Positions 1 to 13,406 of a stretch of 64,000 nucleotides of DNA are shown here, piece after piece. How positions within the stretch are numbered: position 1 is the stretch's first letter; each line of letters starts with the position of its first letter. The DNA comes from Eledone cirrhosa (taxonomy: Eukaryota): contig OZ024740.1 of assembly GCA_964016885.1 (NCBI GenBank), positions 118,296,001 to 118,360,000 of the forward strand, in the 5' to 3' direction. The notes under the pieces are model-generated. The model had not been told where the DNA came from, ran no database searches, and was given only the letters and a program-made list of their open reading frames with translations. A program made the translations under genes and the position numbers.

Positions 1-777
1 GAAAATAAATAAATGTCCAAATAATTTTTAGAAACCAGCAAGAACCACCACCAACGAAAATAACACAACATAAAATAAAAATTTAATACGTGTCACTTTT
101 GATGAATCTTACTGACGTAATTATTTTTGAAAGGTAGTAATTTTTAAATTATTTATGTATTATATATCACTATGGGTGATATATTATTATATATAGCACC
201 ATAGGTATTTTTAAAGAGTTGCTGTATATCTGGTATCTCTGAAGAAAATTATTAATTCATTTATTACTTGAAGTTACTGATAAACCTTATGCATTTAATT
301 AACTGCTTCAATATTTTCCTGTCACTGTAATTTTGAAATCTGTTTTCTTTTGTCTAATGTTTATATCTGCTTTTAGCTATTTCACTTCGGCTACTGTATA
401 CATTTATAACATGAAATACCAGAAAAACCAATCAAATCAAACATTAATACATAATAATAATGTTTATATTTATTCATATAGAGTTCTTGTTTCTTTTGAA
501 AGAGAAAATAATATATTTGATATAAAGTTTCTTACTTTGACCACAGTGGAATTCAAAGTTAACCTGGCATCAATGAGAGTCAAATACAAGGTCATAATAT
601 AACTTAACTATTCTTAATGCCACATGTAAGAACATTAACAACAGCACATCAGCTTCCTCTCCAAACCTTCCTACCCAACAAAGGAAAATAAGGAGAATAA
701 TATGTTTTCGTTTTACTTTCATCATCATCATAATTATCATTGTTTAACGTCCATCTTCCATGCTAACATTATTTATC

Positions 778-966
778 GGTGGATTGGCAGTATCGGTAGA
801 GGGTTGGACACTATGCTTTGACGTATAGAGTTACGCCCCTTGCCATTCTGAGTTCAAATCGCGCCGAGGTTAACTTTGCCTTTCATTCTTACTGGGTCAA
901 TAAAATAAAGTACCAGTAATGCACTGGGTAATTGCTGGCCTTGTGCCAAAAGTAGAACCAATTATT
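778..966 (+). mobile_element. tRNA-derived SINE, family A
   Basis: A-box-like TGGCAGTATCGG, B-box-like GAGTTCAAATC, body CTTTGCCTTTCAT...ATAAAATAAAGTACCAG and ATTATT tail; close copies elsewhere in the window. Confidence 0.85.
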
Positions 967-980
967 TATATATATATATA

Positions 981-1345
981 TCATCATCATCATCATTGCC
1001 ATTTTACGTCTATTCTTCCACGCTAGCATGGATTCGACGGGTTGTCTTGTTGTGTGCAGTGCCAGGTCAGGTGACCTTGTCCTGCTCATATGGCAACTGA
1101 TTTTGGCTTGATTTCTACAGTTGGATGCCCTTCTTAACACCGACCTCATTTATAGTGAGTGCTGGGTGCTTTTTCCGTAGTGCCTACATGACCACTTTAC
1201 AGTGTGGGCTGGGTGCTTTTTTGTCGTGATACCTCCATGACCACTTTACACTAGGACGGGATGACGGCATATTGTCTATATGCAGTACCTGTGTGAAGTC
1301 GGGTCTTCTGTGTTACTGCTTGATGTCAGAGGTCATGGTCCTGTG
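981..1345 (-). mobile_element. 3' end of an RTE LINE or SINE family B, with (ATG)n tail
   Basis: Reverse complement matches 7320-7582 and 46990-47150; (CAT)n run at ~981-996. Confidence 0.7.
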
Positions 1346-1447
1346 TCATATATATATACTGAAGTAAAAGTTAAGTGGAAATATCCAAGAGAAAGAGCAC
1401 TCAGTCCATAGGACGAGTTTAGTATAAATAATTACAACAGTGACATA

Positions 1448-1499
1448 AACAGGTGCTCAAGTTTCGTTGGGTTCTGGGCCCCAATTCATTCAGCCTGCC
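1448..1499 (-). ncRNA. degenerate type I hammerhead ribozyme motif in a Penelope-like terminal repeat
   Basis: - strand GGCAGG-CTGAATGA-attggg...cccaac-GAAA-cttgag-CA-CCTGTT. Downstream tail AACTCGTCCTATGGACTGAGTG resembles 60255-60276 and ends in (TA)n. Confidence 0.5.
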
Positions 1500-1744
1500 A
1501 TGAGAAAAAAGAAAATATATATATATATATATATGACCCTGCTCAGTGATTAAGAAAAAAAGTGTGCGTAGAAATTCCATCCTTTGTCCCAAATGCAAAT
1601 TATCGGTACAGAAGTGATGTAGCGGGATCTCAGGTAGGCTAGCGACTAACATAGGTTTCTACATGTGGTCATTGCACAGGGGCAGTAAGCAGCAAACCCC
1701 CGCATGAAACAAGCTCCATCAAATTCTTAGAGAGTTCCTTAGAA

Positions 1745-1990
1745 GTAGTTGACAACTATGATACTTAGGTGACCAAATTAACAGTGGGTGTTTGAAAGAA
1801 CATTAGCTAAAGTGAAAATGGGATGGAAAAAGTTCAGAGAGCTACTACCACTGCTAGCTACAAAACGTTATTCCCTCAAAAGGAAGAGCAGATTCTATGA
1901 TGCTTGATATACGAACATCAATGTTATGGGAATAAGATCTGGGCACTGTGTGTATAGGATCTACGTAGATTGAAAAGAAATGAAGGTTGG
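1745..1990 (+). mobile_element. decayed RTE LINE fragment
   Basis: GATACTTAGGTGAC...GGATGGAAAAAGTTCAGAGAGCTA (GWKKFREL), homologous to 47620-47850. Confidence 0.65.
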
Positions 1991-2186
1991 TGACACAACA
2001 AAAAGTGCCCAGCCCACACTGCAATGTGGTCTGACACATCAAAAAGAGCCTAATCCACTTGGTAGAGTGGTCTTGTTAATGACATGACAATAAATGTCCA
2101 GTCCATACGGTGATGTGATTGTGATGGTGATATGACAAACAATGCTCAGTTAAGTAGCTAGAGGAGACTTGAGGAGAAAGATAACA

Positions 2187-2368
2187 TGGCAGTATCGGTA
2201 GAGGGTTCGACGCCATGCTTTCTAGCATAGAGTTACATCCCTTTATGATCTGAGTTCAAATCCCGCCGAGGTTAACTTTGCCTTTCATCCTTACGGGGTC
2301 GATAAAATAAAGTACCAGTAATGTGCTTGGTAATTGCTGGCCTTGTGCCTAAAGTAGAAACAATTATT
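2187..2368 (+). mobile_element. SINE family A
   Basis: Aligns by eye to 778-966. Confidence 0.85.
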
Positions 2369-3167
2369 GTAAGCAGACATACTTTGCATTGAACTTCAGT
2401 AGCTGTTTTAAGTCAATGGCTGTTACATTGAAGTTAAATTTTGTATATTGTCAAATTATTTGCTGAAGTTAACCCAATGTTCACTCAGCCATATCAAAAC
2501 CTATCAAATTACAAGAAGAGAGAAGAAAAAGGCTGAAGAGGGAGAGATAGGTTGTGATGGAGTCTATTTATGTCTACCATACTTCCCTCCATTTTATTCA
2601 TGCATATCTATTTAATGATATTTAAGAACGAAATATACAAATATCTACCTGGTTAGGGTGCCAAGCATTTGTGACTATGAAGTTACATTCTGACACCTAA
2701 TCTACTCTGATATTGTACTATCATAGTTAAGTATGTACATAATCCTACCCTTCTTCTTGTATTGGCAATAAAAGGAGAAGGGAAAAAATGACAAGAACCA
2801 AACAGGATGAAGCTCTTTATTAAAGAAGCCAAAGTAGTTATGAAGATTACTGCCATGTCTATGTCAGCTGTCTTGGCAAGGAAGGTTTCTTTAAAGAGGA
2901 AAACTATGTAAGCAAAATTGCCTAAATTAATACAGCATAAAATTGTTTTGATGACTGCCTGCCTATCACTTGTCAGTAGAACTAGGGAAGAGCTTTAATA
3001 ATTAGTTATGTATATATCTATACTCACATTTACTCACACATTTACGCACACAAAAATACACATGCATATAAATTCATATGTAAATTCATACACATCCATG
3101 AATATATGTGTGTGTGTATGTATAATATATGAGGAGAGAAAAAGCATATGGTTATATTTGAATATGT

Positions 3168-3240
<73 letters not shown>

Positions 3241-3710
3241 GTGTGTGCATGCATATGTCTGAAATGTTTAAGATGTGTCTAAAACCTGAATCCTTTATAT
3301 ATTATCAATTACCAACTGACAATAATCTTTGGTAGATATTTCAGTATGGTTATATGGTTATATTTATTTTGCTGTATTTTTAAACCATTAAATAATAACT
3401 ATCTGCACAGATTCTGATGGATATTAAAACAGAGTATCGTAGTTTATGCTGCAAAGAAGAGCTAAGCTTTTTATGAGGCAACCACATAAACCTTGTTTCA
3501 ATTTCTGGATGGAATTGATTGGGGTGTCACTCACATTTCTCATTTTAAACCTGATTCCTGCGTTAATGCAAAGTATTTAGAAGGGGGCACCAAATTAACA
3601 ACACAACCTATCCTTTGGGTTTCGTTGGTGTAGTTCACTCACTCTGTTGCAAGCATATGGATTAACACACACACACATATGCATGCATAGGTAGATAGAT
3701 AAATAGATAT

Positions 3711-4950
3711 CTTTCTTTATTTGCCACAGGGGCGTACAAAAATGGGACCTTACAAGGTGGGGGTTTTACATAAAAATAACTTTAACATTAATAAATAAAA
3801 ATAAACTATATATAATAAAATAACAATTGAAATCCCCAATAGGGGGAAGGTTACTGCAGGGTTGTTTTACACCCCGTGGATAGAACAGACCTCAACACCA
3901 GGAACACGTTTTGTAGGTGTTCCTGTCTTCCCTCTGTTTATCTTCCTCAACCTACAGGTTTATATACAGAGAAGGCCCATTCACTCGGGCCATTTTAGCC
4001 ACATTCACCCACCTTTCAGCGAATTTACTGGGGTGTAGCTCCTCTCTCTCCACTCTCATCTTTCTTCTGAAGGGGATAAGTTGTTGTCCGGAGAGAAAGG
4101 TGTTTGCCCTCAGTCCTTTTAACCTCGTCCACCATATTACTTCTTTCGCCATAGCCACCAGACAGAGGAAAACTGCCACTCCTTTGTTCTTAAATGAAGG
4201 CGGCGGGGTGATCCTCACGATGGACTCGGCTGACAACTGGATGTGTTCCACAAGTGACAGTGGCTGTTTGACATAATTCCACAGGTCGGTCACCCCTCGG
4301 CACTGAACAACTGCGTGCAGAACGGTTTCGATGTCCTGCTCGCATCTTGGACAGGTCCTTTTGACAGGTTCTCTGCCAGGGCATCCGTGCCTGTAGATTT
4401 TGTCTCGAACTGGTAGCGCTCCTTAGTAGCACTGCCAGGCCAGAGACTCTGGAAGTTATCTATAGGCCCCTGGACGGAAAGTCCTCCCAAATAGACTGGT
4501 CAGTTCGTCCTCCTCGATGCCTAGATTTTCCCCGAGAATGTTGTCGCACTTATCCTCCACTAATCCCCTATAGAATGTCGAAGTGGAGTCTCTGCTGATT
4601 GCCGTTTCCACTTGGTAGAGGGCTGTGAGCACCTGTAGCCACTCAAGGTGCCAGACACCCATTTTCGGTCTTCGCTTGACCCAGGACTGCAGCTCTGTTA
4701 GTGAGACGAGTTGTGGAAGAGCTCGTCTCACAAACGACAGCCACACCGGTTCACCAGTCAGGAATACCTGGAGATGGCGTAGCCTCAGCACATGTTTGTG
4801 CATCATCAGCCACGGCATGCCCAGCCCTCCATTAGAAGGGTGTTGACAGCAGATGGATCTCCTCACCAATGGAGCCTGTTTCTTCCAGAGGAACTTGAAT
4901 AGTAGACGTTCCATTTTGGTAAGGTATTCACAGAGGTAAGGCATGACACG
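3711..4950 (-). mobile_element. 5'-truncated Tx1/L1-group non-LTR retrotransposon (ORF2 C-terminus and 3'UTR), frameshifted
   Basis: ORF pieces 4456-4944 (FLWKK...GGLGMP), zinc knuckle CPRCEQDIETVLHAVVQC at ~4300-4355 and 3952-4293 (AKEVIWWTR); AATAAAGAAAG 3' end; (GATA)n on both sides. Confidence 0.8.
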
Positions 4951-6402
4951 ATAGGTAAATAGATAGATAGATAGATATAAGGTGGAAATCTTTTGAAAGA
5001 AATGTTAATGCCTGAAGAGCAGACTGATACTGGAGTGAGGTCTATCATATCGTTTGAAACCATGAGCCGATCTGCAAAACACATATTACATTTCATATGG
5101 AACAACAATATTTTAAAGTGGAACTCCATCTTATACATCATATATATTATATATATGCCTTGTTTTCATTCGTTGTCTTCTCTTTGTTAATTTTCCTAAG
5201 TTTATTATTACTAAACTCTGATGAACATGTTCTCCCTTCTCCACACAATAATTTCAATGATTTACATTTTTTTAACACAATATCTTACTTGCTTCTTCTT
5301 GCCTTTTTTCTTTCTTTTCTTCCTTTATTTCAATCACACGAGACTACCATTTCTATAAAAGCACAATACCTTCTCCTAGTCATCACATAAAATTCTATGT
5401 GCACATGTGGCTTAATTGTTATAAGTCATTGTTTTATCTTTTACTCCATGGACAGCACTTTGGCTTGTGTCAGATTCTGTAACCTAGCGTGGACTAGCAG
5501 TACCACTGATACAGGTCTAAATTGCCAGATGTCCATCTCAACAGATGAAGACCTAGGAGTTCTGTGTCTTTCCAATATATTTTTATTTTAAAAAACATTT
5601 ATGTAATTGAAAATTACAAAAAAAATAAAAATAACTCTGATTTGTGAGCACACATACAAACTTGTCACTGATGCTTATCTGTTAAAAATACAGAAGACTG
5701 AAGGCTCAAATAAACTGACATATTTCATGTCTATGACTGAAATTTTACTTAATATTTTTAAAAACTATTATCAGAATTCTCTGTATATCATTTACAACAT
5801 TTTTTTCTGATTTATCATTTAATTGCTGATTAACAATTTAAGCCCAAAGCAGCAACGAACAATAATGTTACCACTCTTTTGATTCCTTTCAATTAACTTT
5901 TATTGAAATACTTTAAATGGTAGTTTTAATCAATCACATATTTTGATAACACATGATGATGATGATGATGATGGGCCTCGAGTGCCATTGGCAATACTCA
6001 CTCAGATGCAAGCTTTTAGACAAGGTTTCTAGTTTGAAGATAACAAGATCTTCCTATCTTTTCTTCACTAGTTTTGGAGGCTATGATTAAAGGTGCCAGC
6101 CTTTCTGCACTGATTAAGCCAGCAAAAAAAGGAAAATAATAAATATGGTCATATTAATTGCCCAATAACCTAAAACTAAGGTGAATAAATTATTAAATTT
6201 GCCTACTACATGAGTAGATGAATAACTTGTTGGCTTATTGCCTTTTGATTTTTAATGTGAATTTTTCATGTCAATAAATTAAATGTTAACAAGATGCAGG
6301 TGAATAAGTCAACTATTACACTGTATATTTGTGATACATAAAACAAAAATATATCTATACATAAAATCTATGAAAAAATCAATTATTTCATTAGCGATTA
6401 TA

Positions 6403-6446
6403 TCAATTTGGTGAATACATGCAGACATCCTTTAGGATATAGCAAG
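6403..6446 (-). CDS. candidate terminal exon of an unknown host gene, (S)CYILKDVCMYSPN*
   Basis: TATAG acceptor; phase 1 matches exon 8083-8179; stop TGA. Confidence 0.3.
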
Positions 6447-7191
6447 CTATAGATCACAATTTAAACATGTATACACAGAATGAAGTCATGCATAGCCTAC
6501 AAAACTGTGAATTGAAAACCAAGGATATTTTTTAAAATCTAAATAATGTTCTGTACTTTGAAGCAACTAAATAAATTAGTGATTATTTCTAATTCATACA
6601 CTGAATACATTAAGGCAAAGAATAAATCATAATATACAAACATCCAAAACAATACATATGTAGCTTATAAATTTAACATTAAAAATATACACAAATTAAT
6701 GTTAATTGAACCATATATTCCTTTTTTTTACTTGATTTGAGGAATTGAATTATAATTAAGTCTAAAAACATTGATAAATTATAAACAGCTAATATATTTG
6801 TCAATATAAACTTTACATTTGAACCTAAGACTTCACATTAGGAGTTAGTTCTAGTGCATTGTTTACATAAAAAAGGGATACCATCTATGCCAGACAGTAA
6901 TAGAATAACAACACCTCAACTACCACAGCCACCACCATGGTTTATATATCTACTTTTCCATGTTAGCATAAGTTAGACTGAAGACCATTGCTAATGAAGC
7001 TATCTCAATATAGCAGAATTGTGCCTAATCTGAACAGGATAGTTTGTAGAGTCAAAATGTTATATATATAGGAACATCCTCATCCATGAAGTAATGGATT
7101 TGTAGTTCAATTCTTACAAAGGGTATAATTTTGAATTATGAATTCTTGTTTTTATTTTATATTTTAAAATCTTAGCAATTTATCATATATA

Positions 7192-7582
7192 AGGCTCATG
7201 GCTTAGTGGTTAGAACATTGGGCTTGCAATCGAAAGGTTGTGAGTTCAATTCTTGGACCGGTTTAGTCAGCTGTAGAAATGAGATGATAGGACTGGGGTC
7301 CCTATCATTCCACTGCAAAGTGGTTGTGGAGGTGCCACGGCAAAAAAGCACTCAGCCCACACTGTAAAGTGGTCGTGTAGGCGTCACGGAAAAGGAGCAC
7401 CCAGCACTCACTGTAAATGAGGTTGGTGTTAGGAAGGACATCCAGCTGTAGAAATCAAGCCAGAATCAGTTTCCGTATGAGCAAGACAAGGTTAGCCGAC
7501 TGGACACTGCCCACAACAGGACAACCCGTCTAAACCATGCTTGTGTGGAAGAATGGACGTAAAACGGTGATGATGATGATGA
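7192..7582 (+). mobile_element. tRNA-derived SINE family B with LINE-like 3' tail
   Basis: Head TGGCTTAGTGGTTAGA...GTGAGTTCAATTC, tail GTTGGTGTTAGGAAGG.CATCCAGCTGTAGAAA and (GAT)n. Confidence 0.85.
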
Positions 7583-8082
7583 TATAATTTTCATATGTTT
7601 AGGATGTATATGTGGTTAAGAGGATTGCTCTACAATCAAGTTGTTTTGAGTTTGATCTCACTTGTGAAAATGTTTTGTGCTTGTGAATAGAATTTGCTAT
7701 ACGAGAGAGAGGGGGGGAGTGTGTCTGTCTATGAGTTCACAAGTAGTAAAACAAATTATATGTTGCATGGCTGATATGAATACAACTGCATCTGATTTGC
7801 TACAGGTGATGCATGGATAGCAGAGAGAAAGGTGTGTTACAGTGTAGAAAACCCAGACATTTCTTGGTCACATCAATGCTGCTTGGCACGACTGGAGAGA
7901 GTGATACTGTTGATAGGTGTCAATATTTGATCTCATCAACAGCTCATGATGAGAGTGTCCCAAAGGAAGGCTGCATATAAAATATTCGTGTTTAATGATG
8001 TGAAAACAGTGATGCATCAAAAAGCAACTTGAAATTCAACAAATATAAATCAATAAAATAAGTATCAAACTGAAATACTTAC

Positions 8083-8179
8083 AGGGTTTGATAAATGTAT
8101 GCTCGATTAACTCTCTTACCCATTGTCCAATAATTGGAACAAGTAAAAGAATATTCTCAATAGCTTTCAAAATGAATAC
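8083..8179 (-). CDS. candidate internal exon VFILKAIENILLLVPIIGQWVRELIEHTFIKP
   Basis: Open non-repetitive frame ending at a consensus donor T|GTAAGT; acceptor is weak (GAAG). Confidence 0.45.
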
Positions 8180-9280
8180 CTTCGCAAATATCCTTATTAT
8201 TGTTATAAATTATTTTTAGTCACTTACTCAACATGCTCGAATAATCAAGATTTTTGTTTCTTAATTATCCAGTCTTTGTGGCATCTTTGGCATGTATCAT
8301 TTACCACAGTCCCAAGTCAACCCAAATGTTGTGAGTAAAAGTAGGTAGACAAACTGTTTGGATGCTCATTGAACTGTATCTGTAGTTCAAAAGACCAGCC
8401 TTGTCACATACTGTGCTACACTGAATCTCCTCCCTAAGGATTACATTAAAGGCATGCATGTCTCTGAAATGCTGAATCACATTAATTTTACCAGCAGTTT
8501 ATTCCATTGATCAAACAACTAGAACTCTCTTCACCAAAACGAACAAAAATCCATTCCAGTCTAGTCACTTAACATATAGTATTGATAACAATACCATCAT
8601 ATCTATAGAAATACTTGAAAACTAATTGTGTTTCTTTCAGCCCAGCATAGGATTAGGTTGGTTTTTATGTTTCCTTCAAGTGATGCTGTTACTGTCTCCT
8701 TCAATTGATTACTGTCATTTGAAAGGAATGCTATCAATAGGCAGGGCTGGGTTTAATGGGGTCAAAGGGGGCAATTGCCCCGGCCCCCCTCCAGTGTATG
8801 TGTGTGTGGGGGGGGGGGGGCACGAGCGCGATGAGTGTAGTAATTCATATATGCCTACAGCAGAGCTTTTAAGTTTTAGGATGTTTAGAATTTTTTAATT
8901 TAATACCTGTATGTATAACTTTTCATTTTCAATTACTTGTGCTAAGCTAACTTTGACATGTAAAATTGGAGGGTTTCCTGTGTAATCTGATTATTTGTGT
9001 ATGAGGGCCCTCACCAAAATCTGAAGTGCCCTGCCCCTCCGTCAACTCCTAAAACAAACTCCGTCAACAAACCACTGATCCCAAATCAATGAGAGTCTGG
9101 GCCTTAAACATGCTACTGCTTACATTAAAAAAAATTATTTGGACACAAATTTACTTCAGTTGCTTTTAAAGTGTTACTGAAAGTCATACACTGTGTTTTT
9201 TACATATACTCATGAATATTTTATAGCTAAATACTTTCTGTAGCAGGCTACTATTTAAATGGGTTCCACTTATTTGTTAC

Positions 9281-9309
9281 CTTTAAACATTGTTCATCTG
9301 CTGGGACTC
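9281..9309 (-). CDS. candidate 29-nt exon (G)VPADEQCLK
   Basis: Pyrimidine tract...TAAG acceptor and AAG|GTAACA donor; phases 1/0 fit both neighbouring exons. Confidence 0.35.
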
Positions 9310-9408
9310 CTTACATTCAGAAAGAATGGCATTTAAAAAATAAGTTAAAACATATGATAAATACCAGATTTGAAGAGAATGTTTTGCAAAATATGTGAGA
9401 GAAATAAC

Positions 9409-9439
<31 letters not shown>

Positions 9440-9446
9440 AGTGTGT

Positions 9447-9485
<39 letters not shown>

Positions 9486-10352
9486 CACATATATATATAT
9501 ATATATATATATAAATGAAAATAGAGAAATTAATGTAAGCAAAATGCCAACAATAATTCAGACATTATATATATATATATTTGCATAATAAAATAATAAA
9601 CATAATACAATTTTATGAAAGCTCCCTGAAAAGGAAAACAAAACAAATGTTTTATTTATCATTTGTGTATTATAAATCAATACATTTTCTAGCATTCAAC
9701 TTTATCCAATAAATTATTTCTCTTGGAGGTAATTTAACAGCTAAAAATAGCATATCTGGTTACCAACACGGTGACTCATAGAATAAGCCCATTTAGTAAC
9801 CAAAAAGGCAGGCTATATATGTTATACAAGGTTCAATTCCATAATGTATTAAGTTAGAATCTTCACAATATTTTCTCAATGTATGAATACCATTTTTAGT
9901 AGCATAAAAAATAAATTATTATTAATTTACATGCAGTGTTTAAATATGAATGAAGACGACTGCTGGTCTAGATGACATTTTGAATAAAGCTACTGTTCTT
10001 CAATAACAAATTTGAACAAAATATTATCTTAGCCAATACCAGTGAAGCTGAACATAAACTTTGCTACAACTATTCTGATGCAGACACAAAATAGGTTATC
10101 ATAAATCCAACAGCAGTGTACACATGACATCTTGGCTCCCTAAACCACCTCCATACTTACTGCAATCAGAATTAAGATAGTCATCTGCAAGAATGAGTCC
10201 CATGAGTGGCGCAGGCTCTTTCAATGTAACCCCTCACTGTCCTCCTGGGTAATGCATTTGCAATTTTGCCCACTGGGACCGTGAAGCAATATCCTTCTAA
10301 TGTTTTGCAAAGGACATGTGATGGTAGTGTTATCAATTTTTTTCCGTATTTT

Positions 10353-10670
10353 GGAGGCACATGGCTTAGTGGTTAGAGCATTGGCCTTGCAATCGAAAGG
10401 TTGTGAGTTCAATTCTCAGACCGGGTGATGTGTTGTTTCCTTGAGCAAGAGACATTATTTCACATTGCTCCAGTTTACTCAGCTGTAGAAATGAGATGAT
10501 AGGGACTGGGGTCCCTATCATTTCACTACAAAGTGGTCGTGGAGGTGCCACTGTAAATGAGGTTGGTGTTAGGAAGGGCATCCAGCTGTAGAAATCATGC
10601 CAGAATCAGTTCCCATCCCACCTTTGCAAGCATGGAAAAGTGGACGTAAAATGAAATGATGAATGATGAT
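10353..10670 (+). mobile_element. SINE family B
   Basis: Full tRNA-like head, CCTTGAGCAAGA central domain and (GAT)n tail. Confidence 0.85.
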
Positions 10671-12284
10671 TTTGTTTTAGGCAATAGACATATTTATTTA
10701 GATAGATTACATTACTTTACTAGATTCAAGATATAATTAAAACAATGAATACTTATATTTCTTCAACAAGTAGACACATTCATCATGTTGCAGATAGATA
10801 AATAAAATAATGACTGCATCTCGATTTTGAGAAATGTCATCACTTGATCCTTTTCTCACACATGGGCGGCACAAACATGATTTTAGCCAATAATTTACAT
10901 TCTTTTCTGCAAATGCTGCTCTGCGAAAAGAAACATGAAGTTATTTTCAGCTACAGCCTGATATGCTCATGTAACTTACATGAGCATACATATTTATGTC
11001 AACTGAGGCCACTGCTTGAAGCTTTCTAAATGAAAAAAGGGCCTGCAGTCGACCTATTCTATTCTTGGAACAACAGTGATAGGTATCCGAATAGAAGAAC
11101 AAGTTAGCATCATTCATCATTGGTTGCCATCAAGTCACAGGTTTTACATCGGGCCTCTCCTTCTTGTAGAATGATCTGCTGACAAGGACCATGGGTTTTT
11201 CACTCCCAGTGAGCTAGCTACATACTCTGGTTACAAACCGAGTGTTTCGAGGCTGCAGAGAGTTAAGACATGTACACAACACACACGTAGCTATATATAT
11301 ATATGGTCTTGGTAGAATGTAGAAGTGTATGTAAGTGAGATACAAACCCCCAGTTTGTCTGGGACGTTTGTAGCCTCACTTCAGTACTGACGTGGTCTTT
11401 GAAGACCAGTCCAACAGGGAACGTTGACATTGAATAATGATGATGATGATGATGATATATACATATATATAGAAAGAGAGAGAGAGAGAGAGAGAATCAA
11501 AGTTTTCGCTCTGACATAGCTGTAAGTATGTGAATTTTGTATATCTAATGATGTTTACAAATAATGGTGTTTACAAATAAACATTCGGAAATCCCTTTAG
11601 CTACGAATATTGAAAAGGTCACAGCTTGCACCATTTAGCAGATTCCAGCAGAAGCAGTAGTGAATAAATGCCAATGTGTTTCTGGCTTAGGTCGTCATCA
11701 GGACAGTGCTTCACACACCCTAATCTCTGCAGGAATTTGAAACAAGCGAAAATATACAGTTTTTTTGCATATATACTGATGATTCTAATATGATAAACAC
11801 ATTCTAACAAGCAAAATGAGAATCTTAGATAAAATTTAAAAAATAATGCTCCATAATCCAGCCGTGGATGTGCACAGCTTATGGTATTGAACTTATCATC
11901 ATAATGTTTTGGGTTCATTTCATATTGCTGCAGTGTACTCAGCTGAAAATTAGTACCAGCAATAGCTGGGAGATATAATCTCTGATGGACTGGTGTGCTG
12001 TACAGGAGTGTTCTTGTACTCTAAGTTGCATAATGCCATGGAAACCAGGATAAGCACCAGCCTGATGAGCCTCTTGTCTCAAGACAGGCTTTATACTTTT
12101 TCTTAAAACATATAATCCATATGAGAAAGTTATAAGTAGAGAAATACTCATGTGGACAGTATTTTACTTAAAATGTTATTGAACAAAATATCATATAATA
12201 ACAATAGAAAACTAGATAATTATATTTTCCATTTCATTTTTTTCATTATAATTGCATATTTCTAATAATGCACTTACAGTCATA

Positions 12285-12621
12285 TCATCATCATTTTACG
12301 TCCGCTTTTCCCTGCTTGCAAGGGTGGGACGGGAACTGATTCTGGCTTGATTTCTACAGCTGGATGCCGTTTCTAACACCAAATTCATTTACAGTGAGAG
12401 CTGGGTGTTTTTTTTTCCGTGGCACTTCCACGACCACTTTGCAGTGGAATGATAGGGACTGGGACCTCAGTCCCTACCATCTCATTTCTACAGCTGAGTA
12501 AACTGGAGCAATGTGAAATAAAGTGTCTTGCTCAAGGAAACAACACATCACCCAGTCTGAGAATTGAACTCACAACCTTTCGATTGCAAGGCTAATGCTC
12601 TAACCACTAAGCCATGTGCCT
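12285..12621 (-). mobile_element. SINE family B
   Basis: Reverse complement of 10353-10670. Confidence 0.85.
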
Positions 12622-12642
12622 CTCTCTCTCTCTCTCTCTCTC

Positions 12643-12743
<101 letters not shown>

Positions 12744-12746
12744 ATA

Positions 12747-12810
12747 GAGGCACATGGCTTAGTGGTTAGAGCATTGGCCTTGCAATCAAACGGTTGTGAG
12801 TTCAATTCTT
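12747..12810 (+). mobile_element. SINE family B head only
   Basis: GAGGCACATGGCTTAGTGG...GAGTTCAATTCT, then breaks into Penelope-like sequence. Confidence 0.75.
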
Positions 12811-13047
12811 GACTAATAATATCCAAAACAACTAGCTCCACATCCCCTGAACTCTCACCCACCAACAACCTGTCTAACCATACTAATCTAATTACAACCC
12901 ATTCTAAACCATACATTAATGAAAATAGTAACACTAATACCACTATAGAGAACACAATTAATTCTCCTGACACAATATTTACGAATGGCTGTAACTGTAG
13001 AAACAAAAGAAATTGTCCATTAAAGGGAAATTGTCTTATTAGTAACA

Positions 13048-13406
13048 TCTTTATATATATAAAAGCGAGGATGTGTGTGTGTGTCTGTACAACTTTGGAT
13101 ACCTAAGGCTTTTACAATTACTAACCTAATTTGACCAAATTTTCTGTGCACGTGGCACAGGTCGCTAAGATGGTCACATCACACATTTTTTTCAAATCGA
13201 CTCACGTTGAGCAATAAAAAATCGATATCAAAAGGGAGATAACCAACTTTATTGACAATCCTTATAAAAAAGAGAGATAACCAACTTTATTGACAGAAAT
13301 ATAAACATCAGATTCATTTGAAGATAAATCACTTATATTATCGTTTGTTTCTTGTTTATTATTTGTTGCATTTCAAACCCCGGGCAACGCCGGGTAAATC
13401 TGCTAG
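13048..13406 (+). mobile_element. non-autonomous Helitron, 359 bp
   Basis: A|TC...CTAG|T termini, subterminal hairpin CCCGGGCAACGCCGGG, no TSD; internal direct repeat GAGATAACCAACTTTATTGACA. Confidence 0.9.

Noticed and set aside
9945-10320. GC-richer segment as a possible exon
   Set aside because: Stops in all frames; resembles a heavily decayed LINE RT.
10353-10425. tRNA-like sequences (also 7192, 12747 and SINE A heads)
   Set aside because: They continue into SINE bodies and lack a complete acceptor stem; not tRNA genes.
11665-11705. - strand CTGATGA...GAAA
   Set aside because: Stems I and III do not pair convincingly. Similar weak cases at 5012-5070, 19163-19204, 29283-29365 and 46050-46095 may be relics but are not supported.
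12061-12095. CTGATGA followed by a GCCT/AGGC stem
   Set aside because: No GAAA box follows; looks like a decayed SINE tail.
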